NCBI GenBank assembly: GCA_937949615.1
Contig: CALEDQ010000018.1
Location: forward strand, 12,161 to 76,160
DNA length: 64,000 nucleotides
Direction of reading: 5' to 3'
Source: an uncultured bacterium
GTDB taxonomy: Bacteria > Muiribacteriota > Ozemobacteria > Ozemobacterales > Ozemobacteraceae
Shown here: piece by piece, positions 9,137 to 18,900 of the stretch
Numbering within the stretch: the stretch's first letter is position 1
Layout: each line of letters starts with the position of its first letter
Translations under genes and position numbers: made by a program
Notes under the pieces: generated by a model
What the model saw: only the letters and a program-made list of their open reading frames with translations
The model's database searches: none
What the model was told of the DNA's origin: nothing

Positions 9137-9335
9137 ATTTCAGGTCATTGCTGGCCTTGAAAACTGAGGTCTTATTCAATCTTGCATCAATTAACCTGAT
9201 TGTTATATTGTTTTTTAACAGCCTATTTTACCCCATTGATATTGTAACGACTTACAGAAATAACCGAGAGGTCGCGTGAGGATGGCAGTTTTTTTTATCA
9301 CCAGAGACTTTGCAGAAGAAAGCCAAACAACCTTT
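9131..9335 (+). repeat. Direct repeat copy B (promoter+leader cassette)
   Basis: Aligns with 331-525. Lies between the NTase2 stop and the tcmP start. Confidence 0.8.
9182..9209 (+). promoter_or_regulatory. sigma70-like promoter inside repeat copy B (-35 TTGCAT, 16-nt spacer, -10 TATATT)
   Basis: Hexamers conserved in position with copy A. About 160 nt upstream of tcmP. Confidence 0.5.
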
Positions 9336-9371
9336 CTGAATGTCTGTATGGCAAAATTTTGAGGTTTAATA

Positions 9372-10493
9372 ATGACAGAAAAACTTCACAGCAAGCCATT
9401 TGATGAGGGAACCAGACTGAAATTAAATATTTTCCGAAAGTGCTTTCGTGAATGGCTGCCGGTTTTTATTCACAATCCGAAGATTGATAAAATTTTCGTT
9501 TATGATTTCTTTGCCGGGCCAGGCCGTGATTCGGAGGGCACGCCCGGCAGTCCTCTTATATTGCTGGAAGAGGCGCGCGGCGCTGATTTACAGTATTGCA
9601 AAACCGGAAAAATCAAAGATGTTATTTTTGGTTTCAATGACAAAAACGAGTCAGAGACGCTTAAACAAAACATTGCCGCGTATTTCAATCAGTGCTGCCA
9701 AAGGAATTGTAAAAAGAAAGAATGTCTCTACGAAAAGAAATGTCATTGTGCAAATCTTGATTTTAAAAGCCTTTTTGCCAGCGAGAACCTGAAAAAAATA
9801 CTGGCAAACAAATCTTTTGCCAAATTCATCCTGCTTGATCAATACGGTTTCAGCCAGGTTGATGAGGAAGTTTTCAGAAAACTCGCTGGTTCCCCAATGA
9901 CCGATTTTATTTTTTTTATAGCTTCATCTTTTGTCGACCGGTTCAAAGACCACGAATACACCAGAAAGTATCTCAATACAGAAAAGATTGATTTCTCTTC
10001 GGTAAAACCTGTTCAAAGGCACGGTTTAATCGCTGATTACTTTGCATCACTGGTTAACAAACCTGAATTCTATCTACATCATTTCACAATAAGAAAGGGC
10101 TCCAATCATTATGGGCTGATTTTTGGAACAAATCACACATACGGAATGGAGAAATTTCTTAAAGTCTGCTGGGAAGAAGATACATTTGCCGGCGAATCAA
10201 ATGACAACAAATGGGGTGATGAGCAGGAAGGAAGCCTGTTTTTTGGAATTGAGCCCCCGAAAAAAATTGAAGCAGTCAAGGCTGAGCTTAGGGAAATGCT
10301 ACTTCAAGGTAAAATCGACAACAATATCAACGGGCTTAAAACGGCAATGAGAAAGAGATGCCGGCCTAAAGTTTTTGTTGAAGTAGTCAGGCAGCTTGAA
10401 AAAGAAAAGAAAATAGAAAGAATCGGTGAAACGGTAAATAATCGTGCTGAAAGGATACACGAAATTCCTGAATACAAAATCAGGCCACTTTAG
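9372..10493 (+). CDS. tcmP: Three-Cys-motif partner protein (TcmP family)
   Basis: N-terminus ...KLNIFRKCFREWLPVF...VYDFFAGPGRDSEGTPGSPLILLEE matches my recollection of the TcmP family (TIGR04474). That family is invariably encoded next to a Gp37/Gp68 protein, as here. Unusual Cys-rich insert CCQRNCKKKECLYEKKCHC. AT-rich codon usage. Confidence 0.65.
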   Translation: MTEKLHSKPFDEGTRLKLNIFRKCFREWLPVFIHNPKIDKIFVYDFFAGPGRDSEGTPGSPLILLEEARGADLQYCKTGKIKDVIFGFNDKNESETLKQNIAAYFNQCCQRNCKKKECLYEKKCHCANLDFKSLFASENLKKILANKSFAKFILLDQYGFSQVDEEVFRKLAGSPMTDFIFFIASSFVDRFKDHEYTRKYLNTEKIDFSSVKPVQRHGLIADYFASLVNKPEFYLHHFTIRKGSNHYGLIFGTNHTYGMEKFLKVCWEEDTFAGESNDNKWGDEQEGSLFFGIEPPKKIEAVKAELREMLLQGKIDNNINGLKTAMRKRCRPKVFVEVVRQLEKEKKIERIGETVNNRAERIHEIPEYKIRPL

Positions 10494-10525
10494 GGTATAC
10501 TTATTGAGAGTTTAAAGGGGTTTAA

Positions 10526-11242
10526 ATGGCAAGCAACAGCACAATTGAATGGACTCAAATCACCTGGAACCCGGTTACCGGGTGCACAAAAATCAGCTCC
10601 GGATGCAAAAACTGCTATGCTGAACGTATGGCCCGACGCCTGCATCTGATGCGCAGTAAAAGATACATAAACGAATTCAAGGTTACTCTACACGAAGATC
10701 TTCTTGATTTCCCCAAAAAACTACGAAGCGGGAAAAGGATTTTTGTTAATTCAATGAGTGATCTTTTTCATGAAGATGTTCCGCTCGAATTCATTCAGAA
10801 AGTTTTTCAAACAATGAATGAGTGCCGACAACACGTCTTTCAAGTTCTTACAAAAAGAAGCAAAAGACTTGCTGAACTTGCTGGAAAGCTTTCCTGGTCA
10901 GAAAACATCTGGATAGGCGTAACCGTTGAAGACAACACCAATAAAGACAGAATTGCCGACCTTAGAGCTGTTCCGGCCAAAGTCAGGTTTATTTCATTTG
11001 AGCCGTTGATTTCCGAAATAAAAAAACCCGATTTAACCGGCATTAACTGGATAATAGTCGGTGGCGAATCTGGCCCTGGAGCCAGACCCATTGTCAAAGA
11101 ATGGGTTGAAGCCCTGCAGAGAAACGCCCAGCAGTTTGATATTCCGTTCTTTTTCAAGCAATGGGGCGGAACAAACAAGAAAAAAAGCGGCAAGCTGTTA
11201 AATGGTCAGATGTTTCAGGAAAGCCCGGCTTTCGCCCTCTGA
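10526..11242 (+). CDS. Phage Gp37/Gp68 family protein (DUF5131), three-Cys motif
   Basis: Canonical N-terminus MASNSTIEWTQITWNPVTGCTKISSGCKNCYAE (IEWT..TWNP..GC...S.GC..CYA). Good RBS GGGG. Confidence 0.8.
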   Translation: MASNSTIEWTQITWNPVTGCTKISSGCKNCYAERMARRLHLMRSKRYINEFKVTLHEDLLDFPKKLRSGKRIFVNSMSDLFHEDVPLEFIQKVFQTMNECRQHVFQVLTKRSKRLAELAGKLSWSENIWIGVTVEDNTNKDRIADLRAVPAKVRFISFEPLISEIKKPDLTGINWIIVGGESGPGARPIVKEWVEALQRNAQQFDIPFFFKQWGGTNKKKSGKLLNGQMFQESPAFAL

Positions 11243-11317
11243 AAGAAAATTTAAGATACCGATTCTCTGCATCTTTCTAAGCACCTGACACAGCAAAACC
11301 CTTCATCGGTCAAGTCC

Positions 11318-11362
11318 TAAAAACAGGCACCGCCATCCATTGGATGACGGTGCCTGTAAGTT
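11318..11362. terminator. Bidirectional Rho-independent terminator between convergent genes
   Basis: AGGCACCGCCATCCATTGGATGACGGTGCCT hairpin flanked by T-runs on both strands. Confidence 0.6.
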
Positions 11363-11364
11363 TT

Positions 11365-12606
11365 TTATTTGCTGGCGGGGTTGGCGACGCGGCCCATGAA
11401 GAGGATGCTGCCGGTCGAGTTGTCGCGGACCAGGAAGATGAAGGGATGGTCAGCCTTGAACACCGGGTCCATGCTGATCGATTTGGTGGCCATTTCGACG
11501 GCGGTGGCGGCGGCGGCTTCGGTGCCTTCTTCGTTCACTTCGACGAAGGCCTTGTGCTTGATCTGCGAGATCCATAATTTGCCTTTTGGCCAGCCCATGC
11601 CGCTGAAATCAGCGACGTCCGGGGTGAAAGCGTCTTTCATGCCGAGGTCGGTGCAGGTCGGAACCAGATCATAACCGGTTTCGAGCTTGAATTTTGGCAG
11701 ATACAGCTTCACATTTTCCTCGGAGGCAGAGTCCAGTTCTGCCAGCCATGCTGCGATTTTTTCGGAGCTCAGGTCTTTTTCGAGACCGGCGAGGCCGTCG
11801 ACTTTCTGCGGCAGCACTGCGATCATTGCCAGCGATTTTCCCTTGTAAGGCATGGCGATGACCTGAAAGTCGTCTTTTTCGATGAGCTTGAAGCTGCCCT
11901 TCTGATACATGAACGGCACATTGATATTTTCTGTTGCAGACAGTCTGAAAGGGGCTTCTTTAGTCTGCTTTTCGTCGAACTGGCTTTCCCAGATGCCTTT
12001 GAAATAAATGGCATTCAAAAGAACGCAGACTGAATTTGGATCAAGCTTTTCGAGGATTTCTTCGATTTTGCCCTCGGTTTTTGTTTTTACCCAGCCGTTG
12101 ATCTTTTCGAGGTCGCCCGCGAACAGTTCAGCCGCGTAGTTTTTCTGCAGCAGGGCCTTGAATTCTTCGCTCACATCGCCGCCGGTGAGGCAGAGACCGT
12201 TGGCGATATTGAGCTTCTGACCGTCACTGTTGGCCACTGAAGCGAGTTTCTCGTTGAGCTGTCTGAACGCGTCGTGCAGCGGTTCCTGGTCGAGACCGAA
12301 AGACAAAGCTGCCTGCATTTCTGCGGCAGTATTTTCGCGGGCACCGGCATAGGTCATACCGAGCGCTGAAGAAACGCTGAATGGCGAGAAGAAGACGTTG
12401 CCACCGGCCTTGCCCAGCTGCTGATAAAGCTTAACGGCAAAGGCGCTGTTGCCTTTTACCAGGGGGGTCAGGGTAGAATCAGCCTGTTGATCTGTTGTTG
12501 TCATGGGAGCAGAACAGCAGTCTGATTCTGCTGATACTGGAGAAGCGGACGCTGCCAGTATGACGGCACAAATTACAGCACAGAATAAAACGGTGAGTCG
12601 GTTCAT
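11365..12606 (-). CDS. Serpin (serine protease inhibitor) with signal peptide
   Basis: Serpin fold hallmarks: NVFFSPFSVSSALGMTYAGA, hinge/reactive-centre-loop region EEGTEAAAATAVEMA, C-terminal PFIFLVRDNSTGSILFMGRVANP. Start placed at MNRLTVLFCAVICAV (signal peptide), not ORF start 12795. Confidence 0.85.
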   Translation of the reverse strand: MNRLTVLFCAVICAVILAASASPVSAESDCCSAPMTTTDQQADSTLTPLVKGNSAFAVKLYQQLGKAGGNVFFSPFSVSSALGMTYAGARENTAAEMQAALSFGLDQEPLHDAFRQLNEKLASVANSDGQKLNIANGLCLTGGDVSEEFKALLQKNYAAELFAGDLEKINGWVKTKTEGKIEEILEKLDPNSVCVLLNAIYFKGIWESQFDEKQTKEAPFRLSATENINVPFMYQKGSFKLIEKDDFQVIAMPYKGKSLAMIAVLPQKVDGLAGLEKDLSSEKIAAWLAELDSASEENVKLYLPKFKLETGYDLVPTCTDLGMKDAFTPDVADFSGMGWPKGKLWISQIKHKAFVEVNEEGTEAAAATAVEMATKSISMDPVFKADHPFIFLVRDNSTGSILFMGRVANPASK

Positions 12607-12854
12607 GGTATTTCCTTTCAAGGTCATGAGGGGCAATCCCGTAAGATTGTTTTCTGCTGACAATATAGTCCTATATGAGCTTACAGACAATATAATCGTT
12701 ACAACCGACCAAAAAATCGGATAATTCCGAAAATGGTTTGTATCGGTTATAATGGTTGAGAAAATTTTGTTGCCAGTCAGAATCAGATGCGGCAATGATT
12801 GATTGTCAGTGCAAAACAGCTTTTAAGCAGCTTTTTAATAGAAAGGGAAGATTA

Positions 12855-14021
12855 ATGAGCACCAACCAGGAAACCAGAAAAATTTTCGGACAGATCGCTG
12901 ATAAATACAAACTGCCGGCTCTGGCAGAGATTATCAAAAGCGACGAACACATAATCTGGAAAAAAGACATCACCATCTGTATCGCCAACATTCTCAAGGC
13001 TGCCCAGGCTGACGGAGACACGAAAGAACTGCTTAAAGACGCCAAGAATATGTATAACGGGCCGATTTTTGCGATAAATGCCGCTGAAAAGAAGTATCTC
13101 ATCAAAGCCGAGCCCGATTTTGACAAGGCCATGAAAGACCTGGCCAAATTCGACTTCTGCTTCAAACTCAGCCCTTATCACGTAATCAACACCTATCTCG
13201 CCATTCTGATCGCCCAGATCACTGAGCAAGACCCGAACGCTCTGCTCAAAAAAGGCGAAGAGCACATGGAAGCCTTTATCGCGGCTTCTCTGAAAGAAAA
13301 CAAGAACTGGAACAAAGACACGCTAACTTCAAAAAACCCGAAGCTGATCATTCCGATCGGGGCGGCCGGCTGCGGCAAATCGACCTTTTATCACGAACTG
13401 GGCAATGTGGTTAATGCCTCATGCGACAATATCAGATACATGCTGTTCAAAGAATTCGGGCCCTGCTTCGCCCCTTGGGAAAGCACGCTGGCATGGTTCG
13501 TGGTCAACCGCATGACCGACCTCTATCTCGGCCGTGGCTACAGCGTCTTCTACAACGGCGTCAATACCGATCTTGAATATCGCTCACCCATCACCATGGA
13601 AAATCCTGACGCATTGTATGCCGGCATTCCGTACCGCATGAAACTGGTCTATTTCGAGCCTACCGTCAGCCTTACCAGCAGTGAAGTCAACGAGCTCAGA
13701 GCGATCAACCTGTGGGGAACCACGCTCGACAAGGTCGATAGAAAAGGCCTGAGCCCGAATGTCTGCAAGATACTCGACCTCATTCAGACCAACACCGAAA
13801 GAACCATGGAACGCACCAAAGCGATTCGCGAAGGCAAAGCCGAACAGGACCCCTTCGACATTCTTTACCCGGTACCGCCCGCAATCGTAAAAATGTTCAT
13901 GGAACAGTCGTTTGCGAAGCCCCAGGGCCCGAACGTCGTGGTCGTGCCGCGCAAAGAGATCCCGGATGCAGCCGAACGTGCGGCTTTCTATCGCAAATAC
14001 GCCGAAATGTCTGCCAATTGA
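12855..14021 (+). CDS. P-loop NTPase / predicted kinase-like protein
   Basis: Walker A LIIPIGAAGCGKSTF. No further family assignment possible by eye. Start at MSTNQ with AAGGGAAG RBS. Confidence 0.55.
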   Translation: MSTNQETRKIFGQIADKYKLPALAEIIKSDEHIIWKKDITICIANILKAAQADGDTKELLKDAKNMYNGPIFAINAAEKKYLIKAEPDFDKAMKDLAKFDFCFKLSPYHVINTYLAILIAQITEQDPNALLKKGEEHMEAFIAASLKENKNWNKDTLTSKNPKLIIPIGAAGCGKSTFYHELGNVVNASCDNIRYMLFKEFGPCFAPWESTLAWFVVNRMTDLYLGRGYSVFYNGVNTDLEYRSPITMENPDALYAGIPYRMKLVYFEPTVSLTSSEVNELRAINLWGTTLDKVDRKGLSPNVCKILDLIQTNTERTMERTKAIREGKAEQDPFDILYPVPPAIVKMFMEQSFAKPQGPNVVVVPRKEIPDAAERAAFYRKYAEMSAN

Positions 14022-14029
14022 TCAACCGA

Positions 14030-14075
14030 TTGAAATCCCGCCCGCCTTCAAAAGGCGGGCGGGATTATTTTTACA
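14030..14075. terminator. Bidirectional Rho-independent terminator
   Basis: AATCCCGCCCGCC-ttcaaaa-GGCGGGCGGGATT followed by ATTTTT, between convergent genes. Confidence 0.75.
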
Positions 14076-14184
14076 AGAAATTCAGTTTTTAGGCCGATTA
14101 TATCTTTCTTCGTCAGCGCAGGTGATTATACAGGCAGAGTCCAGGCCTGCCTGGAATGCCGACGCTGGCCGAAGCAAGAAACTG

Positions 14185-15708
14185 TCAGATGAGAGGGCGC
14201 AGAAACTTCATGCGGCCGAAGCGTTCGAGCTTTTTCAGAACCTCGGCTTCAGTATGAGCCTCAGGGCCATAAATGACCGTAATGCGGCCGTTGGCTTCAA
14301 CGCGGATTTTGTATTCAAGACATCTGGCGAAGTCTTTTTCCATGCGTAACGCCAGGCGACGGGCAAAAGGCTCATAGTTGATCACCGATACGACTTCTGA
14401 ATTGATGACCATGCTCAACGGGTCGAGGTTATAGGTGCCGACGACTGCGATCTGGCGGTCGAAGACAAAAGCTTTGGTATGTATACATGGCATTCCCTTT
14501 GGGTATACGAGTATGCGCGCGGTGGGCATGGTAGCCAGAAGCCGTTTCCAGTCGGTGAGAAAGAAGGCGACGGTCGATGGGTGGTTTGTCGATTCGCCAC
14601 TGTTGGTGCAGAGGAAGATTTTAACTCCGCGCTTTGAGGCACGGCGAAGGGCCGCTTCAGCTGCCTCATCCAGCACGACGTAGGCATTTTGAATGAGAAT
14701 TTCGCTATTGGCGGCATCGATCATGCGAATCAGATTCGGCCCGATATCGCGCCTGGTGCCAAGCAGTGAATGACGGTCGAGAATGCGCACCGGCATGGTT
14801 CTTTCGCCCTGAAACGGTCTAAACGAGTTATAAGAAGACAGCTTTTTGAAACCCGATAACTGCCGGCAAAGTTCCTGAGCCGTTTTTTCCAGGCCGCGGG
14901 GAAAGTCGAGTCTGCTCAGGTCGGGAACGCCCATTCCCTGCAGGTAGCGGTTCATCAGGTGATAAGCCAGATCGAGTTTTGCGCCCTGCGAGACGAAGTT
15001 AACCGGGTCGCTGTGAACCACCCGGTTTGTCAGGGCTTTCCACTCTTCGTCGAAAGCCAGCTGCAGCTGGCTGACAACGCCGGGGCCTTCCATGAGAACA
15101 TCGAGATCCTGAAAAACATTGGTGAATTCGCCGAGCTGAACGAAGTAATCGCGCCCGATATTGCGACCGCCGGTAAGGCAGATACGGCTGTCGGCAATGA
15201 TTATCTTGTCGTGGTTCGACGCGAAAATTTTGCGCACATCGCCAAGCGCCGGAAGAATCTGGCGCCCGATCGGATTGTAGATTTTTATTTCGACGTTTGG
15301 TTCGCGGGCCAGCTCTTCAAGTTCATCGTAATCATGCAATTTTTTCGCGCTGCGCATAAAGCGGTCATCGACCATAAGGCGGATGTTCACACCCTGGCGC
15401 GCCTTTTTGCGCAGAAGTCCGAGAAATGAGAATCCGAAAATATCCTGGTCGACGATAAAGTAAGTTATTGTCAGTGATTTTTTTGCGCTCTCGATCAGGT
15501 GCCAGCGCGCATACCAGGCTTCTTCGTTGCCTGTGAGAAGCCTTACCCTCGCTGAATCACCCATAGGAGTCACAGGGAAAGAAGCGAAGACGCTGCTCAG
15601 GCTTTCATTTTCTGCGGCGACTGCAGGCAATGGCATGCCAGCCAGCATACCGAGCACCAGCAGAACAGCAAAAAACCGGCAAAAAAGTTTTTGGGCAAGA
15701 TATTTCAT
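14185..15708 (-). CDS. Secreted phospholipase D family protein (two HKD motifs; cardiolipin-synthase-like)
   Basis: Two HxKxxxxD motifs (HDKIIIAD..GGRNIG and HTKAFVFD..GTYNLD). N-terminal signal peptide MKYLAQKLFCRFFAVLLVLGMLAG. Confidence 0.85.
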   Translation of the reverse strand: MKYLAQKLFCRFFAVLLVLGMLAGMPLPAVAAENESLSSVFASFPVTPMGDSARVRLLTGNEEAWYARWHLIESAKKSLTITYFIVDQDIFGFSFLGLLRKKARQGVNIRLMVDDRFMRSAKKLHDYDELEELAREPNVEIKIYNPIGRQILPALGDVRKIFASNHDKIIIADSRICLTGGRNIGRDYFVQLGEFTNVFQDLDVLMEGPGVVSQLQLAFDEEWKALTNRVVHSDPVNFVSQGAKLDLAYHLMNRYLQGMGVPDLSRLDFPRGLEKTAQELCRQLSGFKKLSSYNSFRPFQGERTMPVRILDRHSLLGTRRDIGPNLIRMIDAANSEILIQNAYVVLDEAAEAALRRASKRGVKIFLCTNSGESTNHPSTVAFFLTDWKRLLATMPTARILVYPKGMPCIHTKAFVFDRQIAVVGTYNLDPLSMVINSEVVSVINYEPFARRLALRMEKDFARCLEYKIRVEANGRITVIYGPEAHTEAEVLKKLERFGRMKFLRPLI

Positions 15709-15962
15709 GAGAGTCCCCCCTGATGCGGAAAGCAAAAAAATTCAGAACAGTAAAAGTATACAGCAATGTAATCAGGTGAACAATGCTAAGCACATCAGGC
15801 CAAACGGAAGTACCCCGGCTCATACTGTTGCAATGCAAAGAAGCTCGATAATATCGGAGATTAATAATTGTTTATTGCCATTTTTTGCGCTAATCTTGAA
15901 GACAAGACATTCTCAAAGATGGATATCTCATCGGGAATACCTTAAAAACTGATTCGCGGAGG

Positions 15963-18900
15963 TTGTTTTGCGTTCAAACCATTTTTTTAAAAGCATTTTG
16001 CTTGTTCTTGTTTTTTTTTCTGACAGGGATTGCAGCATTTAATGGCAGCCAAATTCTGGCTGACCAGGCAAAAGACGAGGCAGCCGGAGCTTTAAAATCA
16101 TTGCTCAAGCTCCAGGCAGGCAAGGTTCTCAATAGAATCGACAATGATCCGAACAGAAAAAGCCAGGCTTTTGTCGTAAGAATCCCAGATTCTGACCTCT
16201 CAGCCATGGTTTTCAAAAACAAGGACAGCTGGTATGCCGGGATTACCTTCGATATCCAGCGCATCTCTTCAGGCCGCATTCTTACCGATATTTATGACGA
16301 CCTTGCAAAATTGTTCGGTACACCGGAGCTGAAAACCCTTACTCTCGTCATCGGCGAGAAACAGGGAACAATCAGCTTTGACACACTGCCGAAGGCGCTG
16401 CAGGATTCTCTTGCCAATTTCAAAGATCATAACGATTTTGGCGAAGAACAGCCCCAGGTAACTTTCGCCGAAGGTGTTTCCTTTTTCGGCAGCATTGCGC
16501 CACCGTCAAAAGGTGCATTACAGACAGTTTCCCGCGCCATTCTTCTTGGGAGTAAGCTGGACAGTGATCTTCGCATTTCGGGCCGCGTCGGCGATGAAAT
16601 TCTCACCGAGCTCCTTAAAAAATGCAGAGTTAGTCAGGAAAACAGCAAAGACGACAAAAAAGAGAAGTTCACCATTCAGGATCTGAGCCTGCGCGTCGAA
16701 CTACCCAATCTGATTCCGGTTCCTTTCAGTCTGATGAAGAAGGAAACGGCCCGCAAAATCTTCTTTCTTGAATTCTCAAAAACCTTCATGAGCGTGTCTT
16801 TCGAAAAAGACAAGATCAAGCTGGGTGCAGGCCGCGGTGTAACAGTCTCATTTCTGGGCAAGGATTACACCATCGCCTCAGACCTGACAATCACCGAAAA
16901 GGGCGACAACAAAAAAGATCCGCAATGGACAGTTGCCATGGCCGGTCTCATTGAATTCAAATCACCGGTCGTCATCATTCCGCCGCTTCTCAAGCTGCAT
17001 GCTGTAGAGCTCAAAGGCAGTTTTTCGAGCGATTTTGTTGCCACCCAGACGCAAGCAATGGTCGATGTTGGTGTCGATACCACCATCAGCCTCGGCAACT
17101 CAGGAAAATTCGTTGCCGGCGTTATGGTTGAAGCGTCACAGGAAGGCAAAGAAGCCGAACTGAAAAGCATCGAGCTGAGCCTGAAACAGGATGGCAAAGG
17201 CAAGCTCCTGGCTTTTTCGGATATTCCCGGGGTTAAATCGATTCCGATGATCAATGAATTTACGATCAAGGATGTATCGATCGGCATCAGCCCGCGGGAT
17301 GAAATTCCGGATCTTTATCTGACCGGCACCATGGGCTGGAAAAGAGGCAAGAGTCAGTATCAGTTCGCCCTCTGGGAAAAGGACGCTTCATTTTTCCTGA
17401 TGGCAAGAGCCAGCGACTTCGTTCTCAGTGAAGTTCTCGGTGTCAAAATCGGAGCCGACACCCTCGATTCGATCAAAATGCCAGATGCCCTGCTGGTTCT
17501 TTCGAGCCCCGACCCTGACGCAAAACCAGTAAAAATCAGCGAGCTGCCGACAAAGCTGAAAAATGTTTTCAAGGGATTCTCGACAGGCGATGACAAGGTT
17601 CCGACCGTCAGCGACGGCATCGCTCTGATGACCAAGTTCGACATCAACACGATGACCGGTGAGATCCAGAAATTCATGAAGACTCTCGGGCTTCAGGGTC
17701 TGGGCATTGACGGCGGCATTGTATTTTCCGGTTCAATTTCAGGGCTGCTCGAAGGGCAGCCGCGCCTTGAGGTCAGCATGCAGCTCAGCGGGTTCCATTT
17801 CCCTGACAAGCAGCCGTTCGATTTCCTGATCTCATTCAAAGATGCTTCAGCAAAGCTGTTCGTTCGTGTCGATGTGCCGGCAATGGTTTTTCAGATAGGT
17901 CTCGGCAGCAATCTGAATGTAGATATGCCCAGAATCGGTCAGGGCAAGAGTGATTCTCTAACTTTCGGCGGCGAGTTCTATCTCAATGTCTGCGCCGTGG
18001 GCTACGGCATCAGAGTTGGCGGCTATCGTGACGGCGACTGGAACAATCCCTTCGGAATCGGCAATCTAACCCTTACCGATACCGCCTTCATTTTTGGCAT
18101 AGACGGAGAAGGAGCTCTGGAAGTAGGGTTTGGCAGTGGTTTCAGCATCAAAGGTCTTGAAAACCGTGCAAAAACCAATAACAAGTGCCTGACTCCTGAA
18201 GAAAAAAAGAAAATGGCTGAAGATCTCATGAATCGCGAGAATGCCAGCGCCACCCCTGTCGTTACCAAGGATATCTCTGAAAAAATCGGCGGGGTTGTGA
18301 ATTTTATCATCGCCAGACCGCCGATTCCGAAAAAGCTGGCTTTCTACTTCAACTGCAGCAAGTCTGGATTTTTGCCGCTGCTCGAAGCCAACGAATCACT
18401 CCTGCAGGGCATTATTGCCGGCCCGGGGGTTCAGGAATTTGCCAAACTTCTGCCCGAAGCAGAAAAGAAAGCAACTCTGGACATTCTTAAACAGCTGGAA
18501 AAAACCTCACTCATAGATCTTTTCAAGCTGCGCGATCTGCCTCTGCCCCTTATTGATTTTGAAGACCTCGTCGTCTATTTCTCGACACCCGGCGCAATAC
18601 TGCCTGGTTTCAAAGAAATCAGCGGCCTTGGTTTCTCACTGCAGGGCAAATCGTTTTTGTCTCTGCTTGGCAAAAGGTATTCGCTCAATGAATCAGAAAT
18701 TACCCTGACCCTGGCAAAAGGCCTGATTCTCAAGAGCAGTGGCCCGGTTCTCGACTTCGGACCGTTCAAAATGTCGGATAATGTTATCGATATCCATGCT
18801 GGTATTCCGATCATTCACGGCGATGACGTCCCGCATTTCACCATTTCCGGCAATGGCCAGATGCTCTTCTATAAAGGCTCGGTTCTGGCACACCTTGGCC

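Noticed and set aside
11344-11674. Plus-strand ORFs (77 and 101 aa) with a Gly-rich stretch
   Set aside because: They are antisense to the serpin C-terminal core, and the Gly run is the complement of the serpin coding sequence.
14959-15429. 156-aa plus-strand ORF
   Set aside because: It is antisense to the phospholipase D gene (HKD region).
16865-17287. 140-aa minus-strand ORF and other short antisense frames inside the 1340-aa gene
   Set aside because: They are embedded in the long ORF with no signals of their own.
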